A DNA stretch of 64,000 bases from Phoronis australis (GCA_002633005.1 NMRA01000692.1:11933-75932), one strand, 5' to 3'; shown: positions 1-14,600, counted from the first letter of the stretch. The notes: generated by a model not told the origin, from the sequence alone. Numbers and translations are program-made.

Positions 1-599
1 GTAATTATTTATTGAAAATAAAAGTATATGTGGCATTATTATATGTTTAAATTTGATTTTAATTTAATACAAGGTACCGATGACCAAAACTGTGCAAGAT
101 TTTTACGGATAGCAAAAATTGAAATTCAGGTTAGCAACAACTCAAGTTTAATGCATAAGGGCGTATAAACTAATGAATACGCAGAAGTGTCGAGAGTTCA
201 TGCCCTAGCTCATTTCGGCGCCTGTGAATGTGTGACAATGGTTCAGATACCATAGTTACTCTTCTAATTTGTCTCTCTAGTGTTTTGACACACCTTATAA
301 ATAAATGTTCTATAAGAAAAAAAATAGTAACTCATGTATGTAGCGTGCACAACACAAGAGGAGGCTCAGCACAGGCAGCCCTGCGGTAACACATTACCTA
401 GGTGTGCACATGCGCGGTGCTATTTGGGATTGTACTTGGGGCAAGTGAATTCGTTGTTCGGGCAAGTAAAAATTTCAACTACTTGCCCGAAGGGCAAGTG
501 GCTTCAAAAGTTAATGTTGAGCCCTGAACATGTAGACATGATCAATGACAGTGCAAAAAATTAAAGAACATATTATGATAAGATTACCAAACAAGAGCA

Positions 600-1310
600 T
601 CACGCAGCGTTGAAATGCAAGATTTCAAAAACATTTTGCAAGGGAGTTTTGGACATTACAGCCATAGTCATGCTCCTGTCAGTTGGAACACAACTGCCAA
701 TTTTCATAATGATCCTCTGCGCGGTTTGGCAGATACGGAAGCTAAGGACAAAAAACAGACTAAAATGGTCACAAGTTGGTGCAGAATATATCAAATTCAT
801 CACAAAAAGGAAAGCTGTTGTCGTCTTCATAACAGATTTGTTTGCCAAATTTCATGAGAAAGCATAAAGGAACTATGAAGTTGCAGATGCAAACTAAACA
901 GTAAAAGTGCCACTAGGGAGCACAGCTGTAGTTGAACTATTCTGAAACTGGCTGTCATCTGTTGCTATCTCCATAGGAACACATCTGCTAAATTTCAGAA
1001 AGATATTGCAAAGGGTAAAGGAGTTACACCCGTGGATGCAAAAAAATAAAATTGCCACTAGGGGGCCAAATTAGGTGAACATGTCCGAAAATCAACGTCA
1101 GCATCGGTCTTCTGATCAGGAAAACAGCTCCAAATTTTAATAATGATCCTTCAAGCAGTTTGGTGGATGGAGATGGTGATGTCAAAAACGTAATCTGAGT
1201 GGTGCAGAATACGTCAAATTCGCGTCATCTTCTTCCCAATGGAAACCTATTTGCAAAATTTCATTGTAATAAAAACAGCCACTATACATCGAATTTCTCC
1301 AAAAATGGGA
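600..1310. repeat. Modular interspersed repeat (gccactaggg / aattttcataatgatcc subunits)
   Basis: Blocks match 44800-46440, e.g. caattttcataatgatcctct..ggtttggcagatac; related segments near 3850-4080 and 39320-39350. Confidence 0.7.
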
Positions 1311-1385
1311 ACCTGTCAACTCTTTAATACAAACATGTTTATTAAATTTAATATAGATACAGAGGACAGGGGGTCATGGCAGTAG

Positions 1386-1845
1386 TCAGATCTGGAGACT
1401 AGCCAACCTCATAGTGTAATACAGTGCATCACATACCTGAAGACTAGCCAGCCTCATTGTGTAATACAGTGCATCACATACCTGAAGACTAGCCAGCCTC
1501 ATTGTGTAATACAAAGCATAACATACCTGAAGACTAGCCAGTCTCATTGTGTAATACAACGCATAACATACCTGAAGACTAGCCAGCCTCATTGTGTAAT
1601 ACAGTGCATCACATACCTGAAGACTAGCCAGCCTCATTTTGTAATACAGTGCATCACATACCTGAAGACTAGCCAGCCTCATTGTGTAATACAGTGCATC
1701 ACATACCTGAAGACTAGACAGCCTCATTGTGTAATACAGTGAATCACATACCTGAAGACTAGCTAGCCTCATTGTGTAATACAGTGCATCACATACCTGA
1801 AGACTAGCTAGCCTCATTGTGTAATACAACGCATCACATACCTGG
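1386..1845. repeat. 45-bp minisatellite, about 10 units
   Basis: Unit cacatacctgaagactagccagcctcattgtgtaatacagtgcat. Confidence 0.97.
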
Positions 1846-1921
1846 CTTCTTCTGCCTTTCCCATCGACCAACAAAGACCACAACACCACACACGTCACAA
1901 ATGGACTCGGCAGGAAGTGAA
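1842..1921 (-). CDS. RADX: RADX-like exon 8 (SLPAESICDVCGVVVFVGRWERQKKP)
   Basis: Acceptor ctcgttacag|, donor CAG|gtatgt; start of a further OB fold. Confidence 0.8.
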
Positions 1922-2600
1922 CTGTAACGAGTGGCACAGATCTCAAGAATACAGCCAAATCCCGAAATCATCGCTCTTCATTTGCAGAGGTAGGAAGACG
2001 CTTTGTGTGGTTGACCTATTTTTTTTCGAAATGTGGGAATGCTAACACACTTTTGGGCCAAGTCAGACAAGTTTAGAATGCTTCATCGTGCTTCGTTCAC
2101 TTAGTTCACTACAAAACAGTAAAACTTAATTCATATCAGACAGTTACAGTTTGGTCTGAATTTGCATGATTTGGTTATCAACTAGATGGTTATTGTTACT
2201 AGGTCAATACTGAGCCTGCTCCTTGTATACATATGCTAATGTGCTTTGGTCTTCAAGTGCGGGTAGTCAGTCACGCTGTTGCTGTCACACAGGTGTTGAT
2301 TGGTGCAGTCTATCAGTGGTTTGGGTGTTTCACTGCTCTCTGTACCTCATGTTTGAGGCTCATGGTGCGGTACATGGTGCTCATACCAGTCATGACACAA
2401 CTGAACTGTGAGTGATGACTGGTCAAGCTCAAGCAAGGGTGGGAAATGTGTAACGGTCAAGTCAAAGCAGTAAACAATCGGTGAACCTGACAAGCTATTG
2501 AGTTGTGGCACTATGCAGAGCCCCAAGAGCCACTAACTTTGATAACTTTCCGTTTGATAGTCAGCTATCATTAGTATGAGTTTTAGGTGCACTGTGTGTG

Positions 2601-2632
<32 letters not shown>

Positions 2633-5600
2633 TGCGTGCGTGTGTGTGTAGTGTGGAATAAGACATGATTTATAGTTAACTTCAATCTGTTGCTGTGTCC
2701 TGAGACATTGTCCGCGACTAGACAAAGTTGACGACATATGGCAAACTAACATGTGAGGCAGTGATACACAGAATTGTGGGTAAATACCAGCGACCCTGAG
2801 AGGTACTGTACTATAGTGGGAGGGGCATTTGATGAAGTCATCGTTGTCAAGGAAACAAGGTAGCCACATGACTAGACAATTAGGGTTTGTCGTACAACAA
2901 AACAGTCTGTGAGAAGCCAGATAATTTTTCCTGTTACATGAGCTGGAGAGCACTGACGAGAGTTTCAATAAAGTTTTGCCAATAAGGACGCGTGTACTCT
3001 GGATATTGTTACCATCACAATAAAACTAGCGCAAAAATGCATTCAAATTTGACTTCTGTCAACCCCTACCTTAACCGCCGCCGAGAGACAAAGTTGTATT
3101 GTGTCTCGGGCAGTCGCCACGCCCTCAGTACATTATTGGGGTGAACAAGGACAAGTTTGGTGGGTGGGTGATGACTGTTGATCCCAATCTCTAGGTCGTA
3201 GCTCGTCAGTGATGTTCTCATGTGCGACGTCACAGTGACGGGTTTAAACTGTGGCTTCACTATATAGTTTGTGATGAGTAAGACACCGCCTTCATCAATA
3301 CTGTAAAATTAAATGCGATTTGATTATTTGAAGAAATTGTGAAAAAATGCAAAAGTAAAACAAGTTACTAATGGATGTGCTTGATCGAGCTAAGACATCT
3401 GATTGGTTTGTAAGCCAGAAGTTGTCATCGACAAGCAATCAAACATTATATTCAGTTGACCCAAGGTAATCAGCAAAGCATATCAAATACAACCAATGTG
3501 ATGTCATCACTGGTCTTGAAAGCAAATCAGTGAAAAAAATCAACAAATATTTTTGTATTGCTCTTACTTGGTATGTTAATTACCACAACTGACATTACAA
3601 GAAATGGCAGGTGAAGCAAGACATGAAAGTCTAAGACTATATGTTTCACTAAATAGGCATTTGGCCCACATTACTAATATATCTAAACCAATATGCTATT
3701 TTACATAAAAAAACTCAAGCGACATTTCTCAGGTTTAATTAAACATTTAGCAATTTTCCTCAAGTTATTAAAATCACGGGTCTATAGAATATCCCGGAAA
3801 CGCTCAAACCAACACTTGAAAGCCCATTGTCAAGAACAAATCGGCAGCTAGGGCGTGCTGGAGCATTGATGTCAAATACTTTTGCATTAAGTTTCGTTGA
3901 AGTCCGTCAATCCATTCTCCAGATATCCTTCAGAAACATTCTTCCCCAAAAATACTGAAAAAGCCACGCCCCTGATGGGGCAGATTGAAAGTGGCCTAAA
4001 TCGTTCTAGTGATGCCCTAAACCCTTGTGCCAAATTTCACCAAAATCTGACCAGGCGTTTTTTGGGATATCGAGTGGACACCTGGACAACCGGACAGTCA
4101 GAAAAAGTAATAATAAGACGCGAGCACATGTATGTGGAAGAACAAGAACAAGTATGTTGAGTGTATGGTACACTCATGGTGCAAGTTAGGATTGAACTAG
4201 AGATGGTTACATAGGCAGTGCACTTACTCTAAGAACTACATCTACATGTACAACACCAAGTATTCTATTGACTTTGCAAAAAATTTGTGCACCATCCACC
4301 CATGTGCCATACACTCGTGCACCATGCACCATATACCCAAGCACCATACACCCATTCACCATCCATCAATGCACCATGCACCATACACCCATGCACCGTA
4401 CACCATACACCCAAGCANNNNNNNNNNNNNNNNNNNNNNNNNNNNNNNNNNNNNNNNNNNNNNNNNNNNNNNNNNNNNNNNNNNNNNNNNNNNNNNNNNN
4501 NNNNNNNNNNNNNNNNNNNNNNNNNNNNNNNNNNNNNNNNNNNNNNNNNNNNNNNNNNNNNNNNNNNNNNNNNNNNNNNNNNNNNNNNNNNNNNNNNNNN
4601 NNNNNNNNNNNNNNNNNNNNNNNNNNNNNNNNNNNNNNNNNNNNNNNNNNNNNNNNNNNNNNNNNNNNNNNNNNNNNNNNNNNNNNNNNNNNNNNNNNNN
4701 NNNNNNNNNNNNNNNNNNNNNNNNNNNNNNNNNNNNNNNNNNNNNNNNNNNNNNNNNNNNNNNNNNNNNNNNNNNNNNNNNNNNNNNNNNNNNNNNNNNN
4801 NNNNNNNNNNNNNNNNNNNNNNNNNNNNNNNNNNNNNNNNNNNNNNNNNNNNNNNNNNNNNNNNNNNNNNNNNNNNNNNNNNNNNNNNNNNNNNNNNNNN
4901 NNNNNNNNNNNNNNNNNNNNNNNNNNNNNNNNNNNNNNNNNNNNNNNNNNNNNNNNNNNNNNNNNNNNNNNNNNNNNNNNNNNNNNNNNNNNNNNNNNNN
5001 NNNNNNNNNNNNNNNNNNNNNNNNNNNNNNNNNNNNNNNNNNNNNNNNNNNNNNNNNNNNNNNNNNNNNNNNNNNNNNNNNNNNNNNNNNNNTACACCCA
5101 TGCACCGTACACCCATGCACCGTACACCCATGCACCGTACACCCATGCACCGTACACCCATGCACCGTACACCCATGCACCATACACCCATGCTTGTTCT
5201 TGCAAGAACACTGTAACACCTAAAGATGGCCGGAGAAGTGGCTGACCAAACATTGACAAGAGCTTGGTGAAAATGGACTAAGAGATTTCAGAAATGATGT
5301 TATTTTTGCCAAGATAATGAGTTTTTGGCATGCAAAGGGGAATTTTGCAAATCCCAAGAAAACTAATAAGATCATGTTTCACTTATAATGCATGGTGACA
5401 TCTCACAAGCACTTGAATCATCGCAACCAACTCAAAAAACTTGAAGTCACACTGGGAGTCATTATTTTAGATAAGATGGGTACATGTGATTAAGCACCAA
5501 CCACCAACCTGTTATACAACTCCACGCAAGCTCTGTTCCACAAGATGGCAGTGCACACACCACTTCTGTCGGCAACAAACAGCTGGGCCTAGCAATCAAA

Positions 5601-8600
5601 CAAAACTTATTAAATGTATATTTGAATCAACCAAAAGAGTTCATTGGTGATTTAAGTCACTGTCACTATCATACACAGTAAATACAGAATATCCTTTAAA
5701 CATTTTGTTTTATCCTTAAAGTGTTACCAGTGAGTAAGACACAACCACATATTACGGAAGGTATGTTTGAAACAGAATTGCTGGACATTGGGGTATTTCG
5801 TCTACGGTGCTTTTGTTGGTTCTATAAATGCACTGTGGAGTGTTAGTCAGCTCCTAAACATCTAGTGGCATCAGACATAACTTGGTGGTGTGTAAGCAAA
5901 AGTGAAACAACACTAGTCACTTGAGTGCACTAGAACTGTAAACACAGGTCGACTACAGTAAGCTTTTTGGTGAGAATACTAACAACAAAGCAATAATCAC
6001 AGAAAAATATAACAGAGAGAGAGCTTCAAAATGCAAAAAAATCAAATTTGTTGTGCAAGAGATTTGCAAGTCAAACACAATCAATCCAATCCCACCAAAG
6101 CTCAATCTCACAACCTAGAATGCAAGGTTAAATATCCACAAGTTACGAGTGATGTCACTGGATCTTTACCAGTCAACAACTGTCCCAAACTATCATAATC
6201 ACAGATGACTCCCCCAATTTAAAAACCTCGGGTAAATAGCTCACCATGTAACCGTGGTAACCCAAGAGGGTCGCCAGAAACTCTTGAAGATTTCTTTCTC
6301 ATTATTTAATGGGGTACGCATAAAGAGGAACTGCACTCAGATTCAGGGACAGAAATTTTGTAAAAAGTCGATAAATTCAAAAAAGCAGGCATTCAGGTAT
6401 ACGTTGTACAAGACGTGCACAGGGCGCTCAGGTGTGCCCATGGCACTGATCACCTGGAACCACTTTTATGTTTTATGAATGTTTCTATAAAGTTAAAACT
6501 GAGCTGAAGAGCTATCGACCTGGCTCAAGGTATAGCAGTTAGCCCCAATCAGACTCAAAGGCACAATTTTGATGAACTCACCTGAAATGGCCACTTGTCT
6601 CCCTTGACAGTACGACTGTAGTGTCGCACTCTGTTTTTCTGCAGCACTCGTACACACAGCAAAGGATAACGATGACCAAGTTGTTGCCATGTTTTAGACA
6701 GGTCCTTGATTGTAATAATATCATTAGCTATATTTAAGCCGCCTGGTCTGTAGGTGGGCTTTGCTGAAAAAGTGTTTAGTGTTACGTTTACCAACTGAAA
6801 ATTGGAAGAAAAACAAAATCACATTATAATGGGTGAGGACAATCGATGGTCCACCCAACAATTTTGTGTCGCTCGCAACCACACGTTAACAGGGCGCATG
6901 GTTTTGGAGCGTGAACAATTTACTCAAAGCTCACTGAGAACACTTCAAGCACTACAGTTACAATACGCAGTGACTGTACTTTCACTTCAATAATACCAGG
7001 GATTGCATGCAAATAACATGTACTCATTCCTAAGTTCACTGTACCTTTCTTTTTCCAAAAGCTGGCATGAGTGTCATCATCGGACCACACCGACAGGTAG
7101 CACCCCCTCGTGCCAAGTAGTGGAACCTCCATCTGATCTCTTTCCTCCATGGCTTCAGCCCACAATAGCCTTTCTAAAGAGTGAAGTTACAACGTTTATG
7201 TGTAAACAAAAATTCAGGTCACAACAACTGAAACAATACTAATAGCCCCAGACTGAGGTTTCTTGGTACGCTGAAGCTATAAAAAGTCTAGGGCGCCAGT
7301 AATTTTTTAGCTGCACCGTGTCATCACAATTTTTTCATAACTCAAATCACCACAATTTTCAATCTACACTCCAGTCGTCAGGATTCCTGCCTCCGCAGTT
7401 GACACAACTTTCCTGTGGCTACAAAGCGGGCCCTCAGCTGCTCATCTCAATAGGAGCACATTTGTGAAATTTCAATGATCCTTCAACCAGTAGAATAGAA
7501 AGGAGGATGCCAAAAACAGAGTGTGAAGTAACGATGGCCACTAATTGGTGCAGAATACATGGAATCTGTCCAAGAGTGAGAGTGTGTTGATCTCGCCTAC
7601 TTGCCATATTTCCTAAAAATCCATTTAGCAACTCGAAAGAAACTGAGGCTAACGTAAAAGTAAGGTAAGCAAGGGAGCATGGGTATCTCATGGGTATCTC
7701 ATTGGTACCTCTTGGGTATCTCATTGGTACCTCTTGGGTATCTCATGGGTACCTCTTGGTATCTCATGGGTACCTCTTGGGTATCTCATTGGTACCTCTT
7801 GGATATCTCATTGGTACCTCTTGGGTATCTCATGGGTACCTCTTGGTATCTCTTGGGTATCTCATGGGTACCCCTTGGGTATCTCATGGGTACCTCTTGG
7901 GTATCTCATAGGTATCTCATGGGTATCTCTTTTCACCTGCTAGCAGCAGTTCTGGGAGATCATTGGCACGTTTAGAATAGAAAAACGTTGCAATACACAG
8001 AACCATGTCACCATTGGAAACAAACTCCACTATAAGAGTAAATTGATTCAAGTTCATCAATATGTAGTCACCCAGTATTGATCATGGATGCCGAGAAATT
8101 GGGAAACCCATTTTAAATGCCCTGTTTTTAAAATCTTGGGTGAACCTCTGTTTCCAGGATTTAAATGTGGTCTAAATATTTCATCTCAACTCTCATTTAA
8201 CACCGATGGTGTTTTAGAACATAAAACAAAGATGTAATCAACAGGTAGACACTGTTGGTATCTGCAATCACTTAACATTGAGCAGTCTCACCAGGTGGCA
8301 TACTAGTCCTGTGAGATGTTTGCAGAATTTCCAGTTTCTTGATGTATATAAACTCTCCACACGATAGATTCTGTTCATTACAGCCAAGAGAACATTCTGT
8401 GAGACGCACCAGGCTTCCAGGGCATAACTGCAACATAGAAAAAGAGAAGTGTTTATTTAAGGTGGTAACATTCTTGTATACCCACTCTGCCAATTTCAGA
8501 GCTCGAGATCTCAAACACAAACTTCCGACTTGAAAACAGACTCTGAAGTGTTTATTTTTCCTGTCGATGTAAGTTTGAAGTTGGCGATACAAATATATGA

Positions 8601-11600
8601 ATTCACACTTAAAATTTTACTGGCTTTCAGTGTAGAGTTGAATGAAAACAGTTTGGACCAAGGTGTTCGACTGTGTTTAAATCCTAGGTCTTCAAACACA
8701 GTGCCTCACATATTTTTAACACTCCATTTATGACCAGCCTCAGATACTATACCGTCTTTAAAATATAATTATAAAATGAGTAACTCTCACTGAATGTCAG
8801 TTGTACTGGAATCTGTAAGTGTATATTTCACATTCTGACACAACTTGTACAAATTATCTACTGTGACAGTTGTTACAGCAGCAGCCCTAGAGGTACTACA
8901 AGCAACATTTGGATTAATGCTCATAGTTATGTAAGTGTTCACCCCTTGTTTTGATAGCAATTATTTTTTCAGTGCATATTTTCTTGTTTCTCAAATTGCA
9001 TAGCTACTCAAATTCACATATCAGTTATAGAGCGTTGATTCAACTTTCTGGTCGCCAAACAGTCTTGCCACAAAGTCTTTGAAGTTCTGGTCTACGAACT
9101 TTAATTTGGAAGGTCATAGTCCGTCAGGGCAGCTGTCAGGCTAAAACTAAGAGTACAAGCTTTGGTTAACACCAATTTCTAGAAATTTCCTGTTTAAGCA
9201 CCCATGTCTGGCTCAGCGGGAAAGGAAAAGGCACACATCAGTGAGTCAAACATGGCCAGCTTCAAAAAAAGATAAAAATAGAAAGGAGTCATTCATTCAA
9301 GTCAAAAAAACAGTCGTTTTGCTAGGCTCGCGCTAGACCTTTAAAGATATTAGCCAAAATAATTAAAGCGTCTGAAAACTTTTAGCCATTTTCTTTCTCT
9401 TTTCCCAACTCCCACAACCAGTAAAAGTTCAGTAACATGGACCAAACTTTTATTTTTCATGTTATGCAGAGGTCCTTTTCATCAATGTACTATAAAAAAA
9501 CATGTGCCTTAAGAAAAAAACAAATAATCGACATTCCAAGGTGATATAGCAACTTAATGAAGTGGAGGGGATGTCAGCGGACATTGGTTTTATTATGACC
9601 AAAAAAGTTTGGGCAGAGGTTCTCCCTATACCCGAGTTACCTTATGGGTACACCGGTCACATGGGCATTTAAATAGTGTTGACTTTTTGACCTAAAAACA
9701 TTTGGGCATTTCATTGATGTTGACCTAAAAATTTGGGCAGGGATTCCCCCCTATCCCCAGGTTACGGTGGGGCTGCGTCGGCCACGTGGGTATTTTGATG
9801 AGCAAGACATTTAGGTTCAAAAACGTTAACATAACTTGTGACTTGCAAAATATAGCTAAATTGAACAGAGTAGTGAATATAAAACTCATTAAGTAACAAA
9901 TTGACATCTACTTTACTTTGCTTTCTTTCGGCCGCCGCCGAAATGCGGCCCAGTCTCTCAATAACACTTGCAGCATTTAGCTGGCTGAATAACCTGTGAC
10001 ATATTTTGATTTAAAAATAGATAACAAACTCGTTCTTCCTGGTGTCACCTGCGACTTTTACTCCTTGAAAAGAAAACCAGTCACTGTCATGTCTCAAACA
10101 ATATTTGACTCGACAAATTATGCGTGAAAGTTGATACAGTTAGTAAAAGAGATTCATGTAATATGAAAATAATAAATTTAAATATTGAGTTCATATTGCA
10201 TGTTTGAGTTACCTCTGGGTAATTTAATACTGTCGGACCGGCTCACACCAGGTCGCGAGTGTGAAAAGTTATTGAGAGACTGAGTCACATTTGCTGCCCA
10301 AAATAGTCTTCTATTTGTCATGATTTTAACATTGTCACTTGCAGACGACAAGCAGCAGCACCTACACAAGATCTTGCTATGAAGCGAGAAATCGCCATTA
10401 CCAGGAACACTGACCCCCCCTACACAGTTGAACATTTCGTTGCAGTGAAAGAGTGATTTCAGAGGGAGCGACATACATGAATGGAACATTCACTAGCTAT
10501 TCTTACAACTCGGAATAGAAGTAAGAATGTCGTTTGCGACGCGACTTGATTCGAGCTGACTGTGAATCGACATGCGAGTAGGTTTCTTGAAATAAATTTT
10601 TATTGTCAAGTTGGGAAAGCATTCGCCAAGTTGGCGAATGGATTTAGCTATAACATCACCAGTGCCGCTCAAAATTAGCCAAAGGCAAGCTGGTGAACAA
10701 CTAGCATGAGCCTAGTTTTGTACCTCTCAAGAAACGTATCCAAAGAAGATCGTAACACTGTCAAGCGAATAAGGCAGTTTGTTCGTAAATAACAAGTGAT
10801 TTCAGTAAAAAAATGAAAAACAGTTCCACAATATTGAGATCTTGAATTACTTTCATATGACAAGAAAAGAAAATAATCGAATCGTCATGATCCATGAATC
10901 CGTAATCCAATCATGGTCAACAAATCGCGATTCGATTATCGATTAAAAATCGTTGCAGCCATAATGTACAGTACAAATTCTTCGATTTGGGACAAAAATG
11001 ATAATGTTACAATGACCACTTTTCATCAGCTGTTCATGGAAACAAATGTTGTATAACGGCAGCAGATCATTAAAACAATGTCAACACAGGAAGTATGTTT
11101 TCTTAATAATTATTACGTGGAAATTTTTCAACAAAATGAATTCTGCTTCTTCTTTTCTTGCATCTCAACCTCAATGATTTCTACCACGTAATGTCTGATG
11201 CCAACTTGGAATAGTTGGCATCCCTTCACAACTGACTGTAGGCCTACAGGCAATACCTCCCCAAGCTGAACCAAGCTGTTGTAGTCAGGAGACAGGGTAC
11301 ACTTGACTTTGTGCCTACAGTCGGTAATAACCAGATCATAGGCGTCTGCCCAGGACACGTGGTTCTCGCTGTTGGTCTGACTTAAGTAGGTCACATCTAT
11401 GGCATATCTGTTGATAGACACAACCTGCAATAAAACAGAGCACGATAAGTTATCCCTGTTAACTGAACAGTCACAGCCAGCAAATATAAGTAAAATGGTC
11501 CCATTTTACCCAAGGTCCTTTCAATAGAAGAGCTCACTAGCAAAGTGTGGTTAATTTGTGGCGTAATTTGTCTGTGTGTTATAACAGTCTCTGGTAGGTT

Positions 11601-14600
11601 TGGGAATACATCAAATGCCGAGACCTAACATATTAAAGTAATGATCAGCAAAAAATAACTGCAAATTGACAACTGAATTTAGTAAATGATGAATAACAAT
11701 AACAGTCACTGGCAGATATACCACAAAACTAAGCTTGAGAATGAGGTCACTTCATCCCACCGTTCTCCAAAACCTTGGCTATGTTTCATCAAAGTTACTT
11801 AAGACAGAACTGGACTCTTCCACTCCCTCAACATTATTGAGGAATAACAATACGGTACTCAACAGTTGTGCCAGGTAAGTATGAGGACCTTGTAATCGAA
11901 AAATATTTTAAAGAAATTATTTCAGTAAATCTAGCTGTTAAGCGTATATTATCAGAGACTTTGCACTTTTGCGAGGTTTAACAATTTTTCAAAAATACTT
12001 GAGGAGTTAAAGACCAAAATTCTGTCTTAAGCCACTTTTCATGACACAGTCACGTGATTTCCTGTCATGAATTCAACTCAGTTATGTCCATTTAAAGAAA
12101 TAATTCAGTGAGTTGAAACTCAGACGAATATTCTTTTTCAGCAAAACAGAATATTTTTGATGTTTGGCACCAGGTCATTACAGCGATTCCAAGGAATATG
12201 AAGGATTATCTGTGTGTATGCCTGACTATTGCTTCTTCAATGCAAACATTTTCATTGGTTAAGGGACAGGAAGTGAGGTCATCTATGTGTCGAGTGATGA
12301 TGTAATAAGGATGATCAACTGACATACTTTTTGACAGATAAAATAAAGCATACTAGAAAATATGCAAGTAAATTGTTATCAGTGAATAATACATTGGGTG
12401 TAAAAACATTGACGAAACAATCCCCTCCTTTCCAGGACTTGTCATTGCAAACAATGTTATTTTATTCTTCTTCATTTGTACACATGGCCATCGGCCCAAA
12501 GAAAACCAAACAAACAAGATCATTGCATACTAGTCAGCAATGCACAAGCTGCTCCGGTTTTTAGATGCGTAGTTAGTTTGCGACGCTTTTTCCGAAATCA
12601 GAGCTAAGTTTCTAAGTGAGAACCTCTGGACAAGTCCCTCTTTGTTTAAATTTCATAGACTGTTGTGTAATCCTGATACATCAGTTGTGAAATATGTATT
12701 GCAAATAATGTAGGTAAGCCAATCAAAATAATGTGTGACAATGGTGTAAGAAAACAAGGTGGGCAACAGACAATTTTTAACGTGTGGCCAAATAAATTGC
12801 TCTGCTGATACGGTAGACTGAACAAGTGTGAAAGATTAATGAACATACTACTGTGTTCTCCACGACCTGGATTAGCATGTCATTGCAAACCTGTTTGGCA
12901 GAATGTGTCACTGTTTTTGAAGAAATGGTGAAGAGTTAACGGAATCGGTTCAAAATTGATCAGGCGTGCGTTCTGTAGACATGAGGACCTTACAAAAACA
13001 AAAAACATACAAGACTTGACGAAATATCACACAATTCCTCTGTGAGCTTCTTGAGTTTAAGGAATGTACGCATAATTTCCGCATTTGAAAATATGCCTTA
13101 CTGTTCTGTGAAGCAAATTACAGATTGGCGCTGATTTGAGCAGTGAGCATTGATTCCAAAAATTTCATGAGTACTTACAGCACATTTGTTGATGTTAGCG
13201 CACTTTTGACACATTTGGGTTTCCAGTTGTGGAGAACACTTCTGTATTGAGTTTACATGTTTGTTCTAGGTAAAGTGGCACGAAACCCATGCTTTCTGCT
13301 AACAAACCAAGTTTTTATAGAGGCCACTTACACAGTATGAAATTGGTCTCAACTTGTTCCTTAGGCTTAGTCTAAATAGATAGGTTTGGAAGGAACTGAC
13401 AGCTCGTTATGTCTTCAGACCATGATCACCTGACCTTGGTCTGAAGAGAAGACGAACCGTCAGTCTCTCCCAAGCATAAAGATCTCTTCTAACTGAAGGA
13501 ACAACAAGACCTGGGCCGAGCACAATACCACTAGTACCTCGCTAGAAAAGCAAGATCTCGTGCGAATCCGCGAGATGTCTACTTTCATTGAGAACATCCG
13601 TTTTTGACAAGATTTTTCCTCCCCGCAAGATAGCTTTTAAACAAATGGTTGTCCACCTAAGCATTAAACCGGTTTGTTGTCGTACTCACCGAATTATTCC
13701 ATTTTAAAGTTATGCTCTGAATAGGATTTGATTTAACTCTCACAAATGTACAGTATTTGTTGATTCGAAAGTTTTGCTTAACTTATGCCGAGTTGTTTCA
13801 ACTTTACATTGCTTTTCTGCAGCCATTTTATGACACCTACGGTCATATGCTGCCGCAGAAAAAGGCCAAGAAAATAGTGTAAGGCAGTTTACAAAAATTC
13901 TTTAATTCAACAGTAGAATGCTTTTACTGGAATAACATAGATTTAATTAATCAGAATTTCAATCACTATTCTTGTTTTTTTTCAAAAATCTGTAATAGAT
14001 ACTCTTCCAAAGCTCGCGCTAGACTTATAAAGGTATTAGCCATAATAGTTAAAGCATCTACAAACATTTAGCCATTTTCTACAATTATTAACCGAATGCT
14101 TCCTTTTGTCCAACCAGCGCAATTGAAAAAACACACTTATACACCGGCCGAACTTTTTATTCTTATGTTATGCACAGGTCCTTTTCATAAATGTTAGTAA
14201 TGAATTAGGAGAGGTTAGTGTACTATGAAAATAATAAATTTAAACCTTGAGTTCACATGGCATGTTTGAGACAGCTCAACTCAGTTCAGTTTTATCTCCC
14301 CTGTAATTTAATACCGTCGGAATGGCTCACACCACGTCACCACTGCAAAAAGTTGTTAAGAGACTGTGTCACGTTTGCCACCAAAATAGACTATTCCTTG
14401 TTTTGATATTGTCACTTGCAGACGACAAGCAGCAGCACCTACACAAGATCTCGCTAAGCGAGCAATCTCATTACTAAGAGTGCTGACCCCCCTGCACAGT
14501 TGAACATTTCGTTGCGGTAAAAGAGTGATTTCAGGGGGAGTGACGGACAGGAAATGGAACATTCACTTTTTATTTTTAGGACTCCGAATCGAAGTACGAA

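Noticed and set aside
1386-1845. CRISPR-like appearance of regular repeats (also 33070-33508 and 7678-7929)
   Set aside because: Units are contiguous with no unique spacers, there are no cas genes, and the context is eukaryotic.
1386-1958. 190-aa repetitive ORF (LQVCDALYYTMRLAS)n
   Set aside because: Product of a 45-bp minisatellite; the real exon (1842-1921) is in a different frame.
4246-5259. Long ORFs in all frames
   Set aside because: Artefacts of the N-gap plus a 15-bp repeat; gap-spanning ORFs at 18.5-18.9, 23.8-24.3 and 62.0-62.6 kb are artefacts too.
6764-6794. Upstream acceptor at 6795 for RADX exon 5
   Set aside because: Phase 0 is incompatible with the phase-1 donor of exon 4; the acceptor at 6764 fits.
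7679-7975. Hydrophobic repetitive ORFs
   Set aside because: Translation of a 21-22-bp minisatellite.
11117-11256. Apparent frameshifted extension of RADX exon 2 suggesting a pseudogene
   Set aside because: The donor at 11257 plus exon 8292-8427 gives a better, fully open model.
11741-11880. Plus-strand 44-codon ATG ORF ending in CAG|gtaagt
   Set aside because: No recognisable homology or partner exon; compatible with chance.
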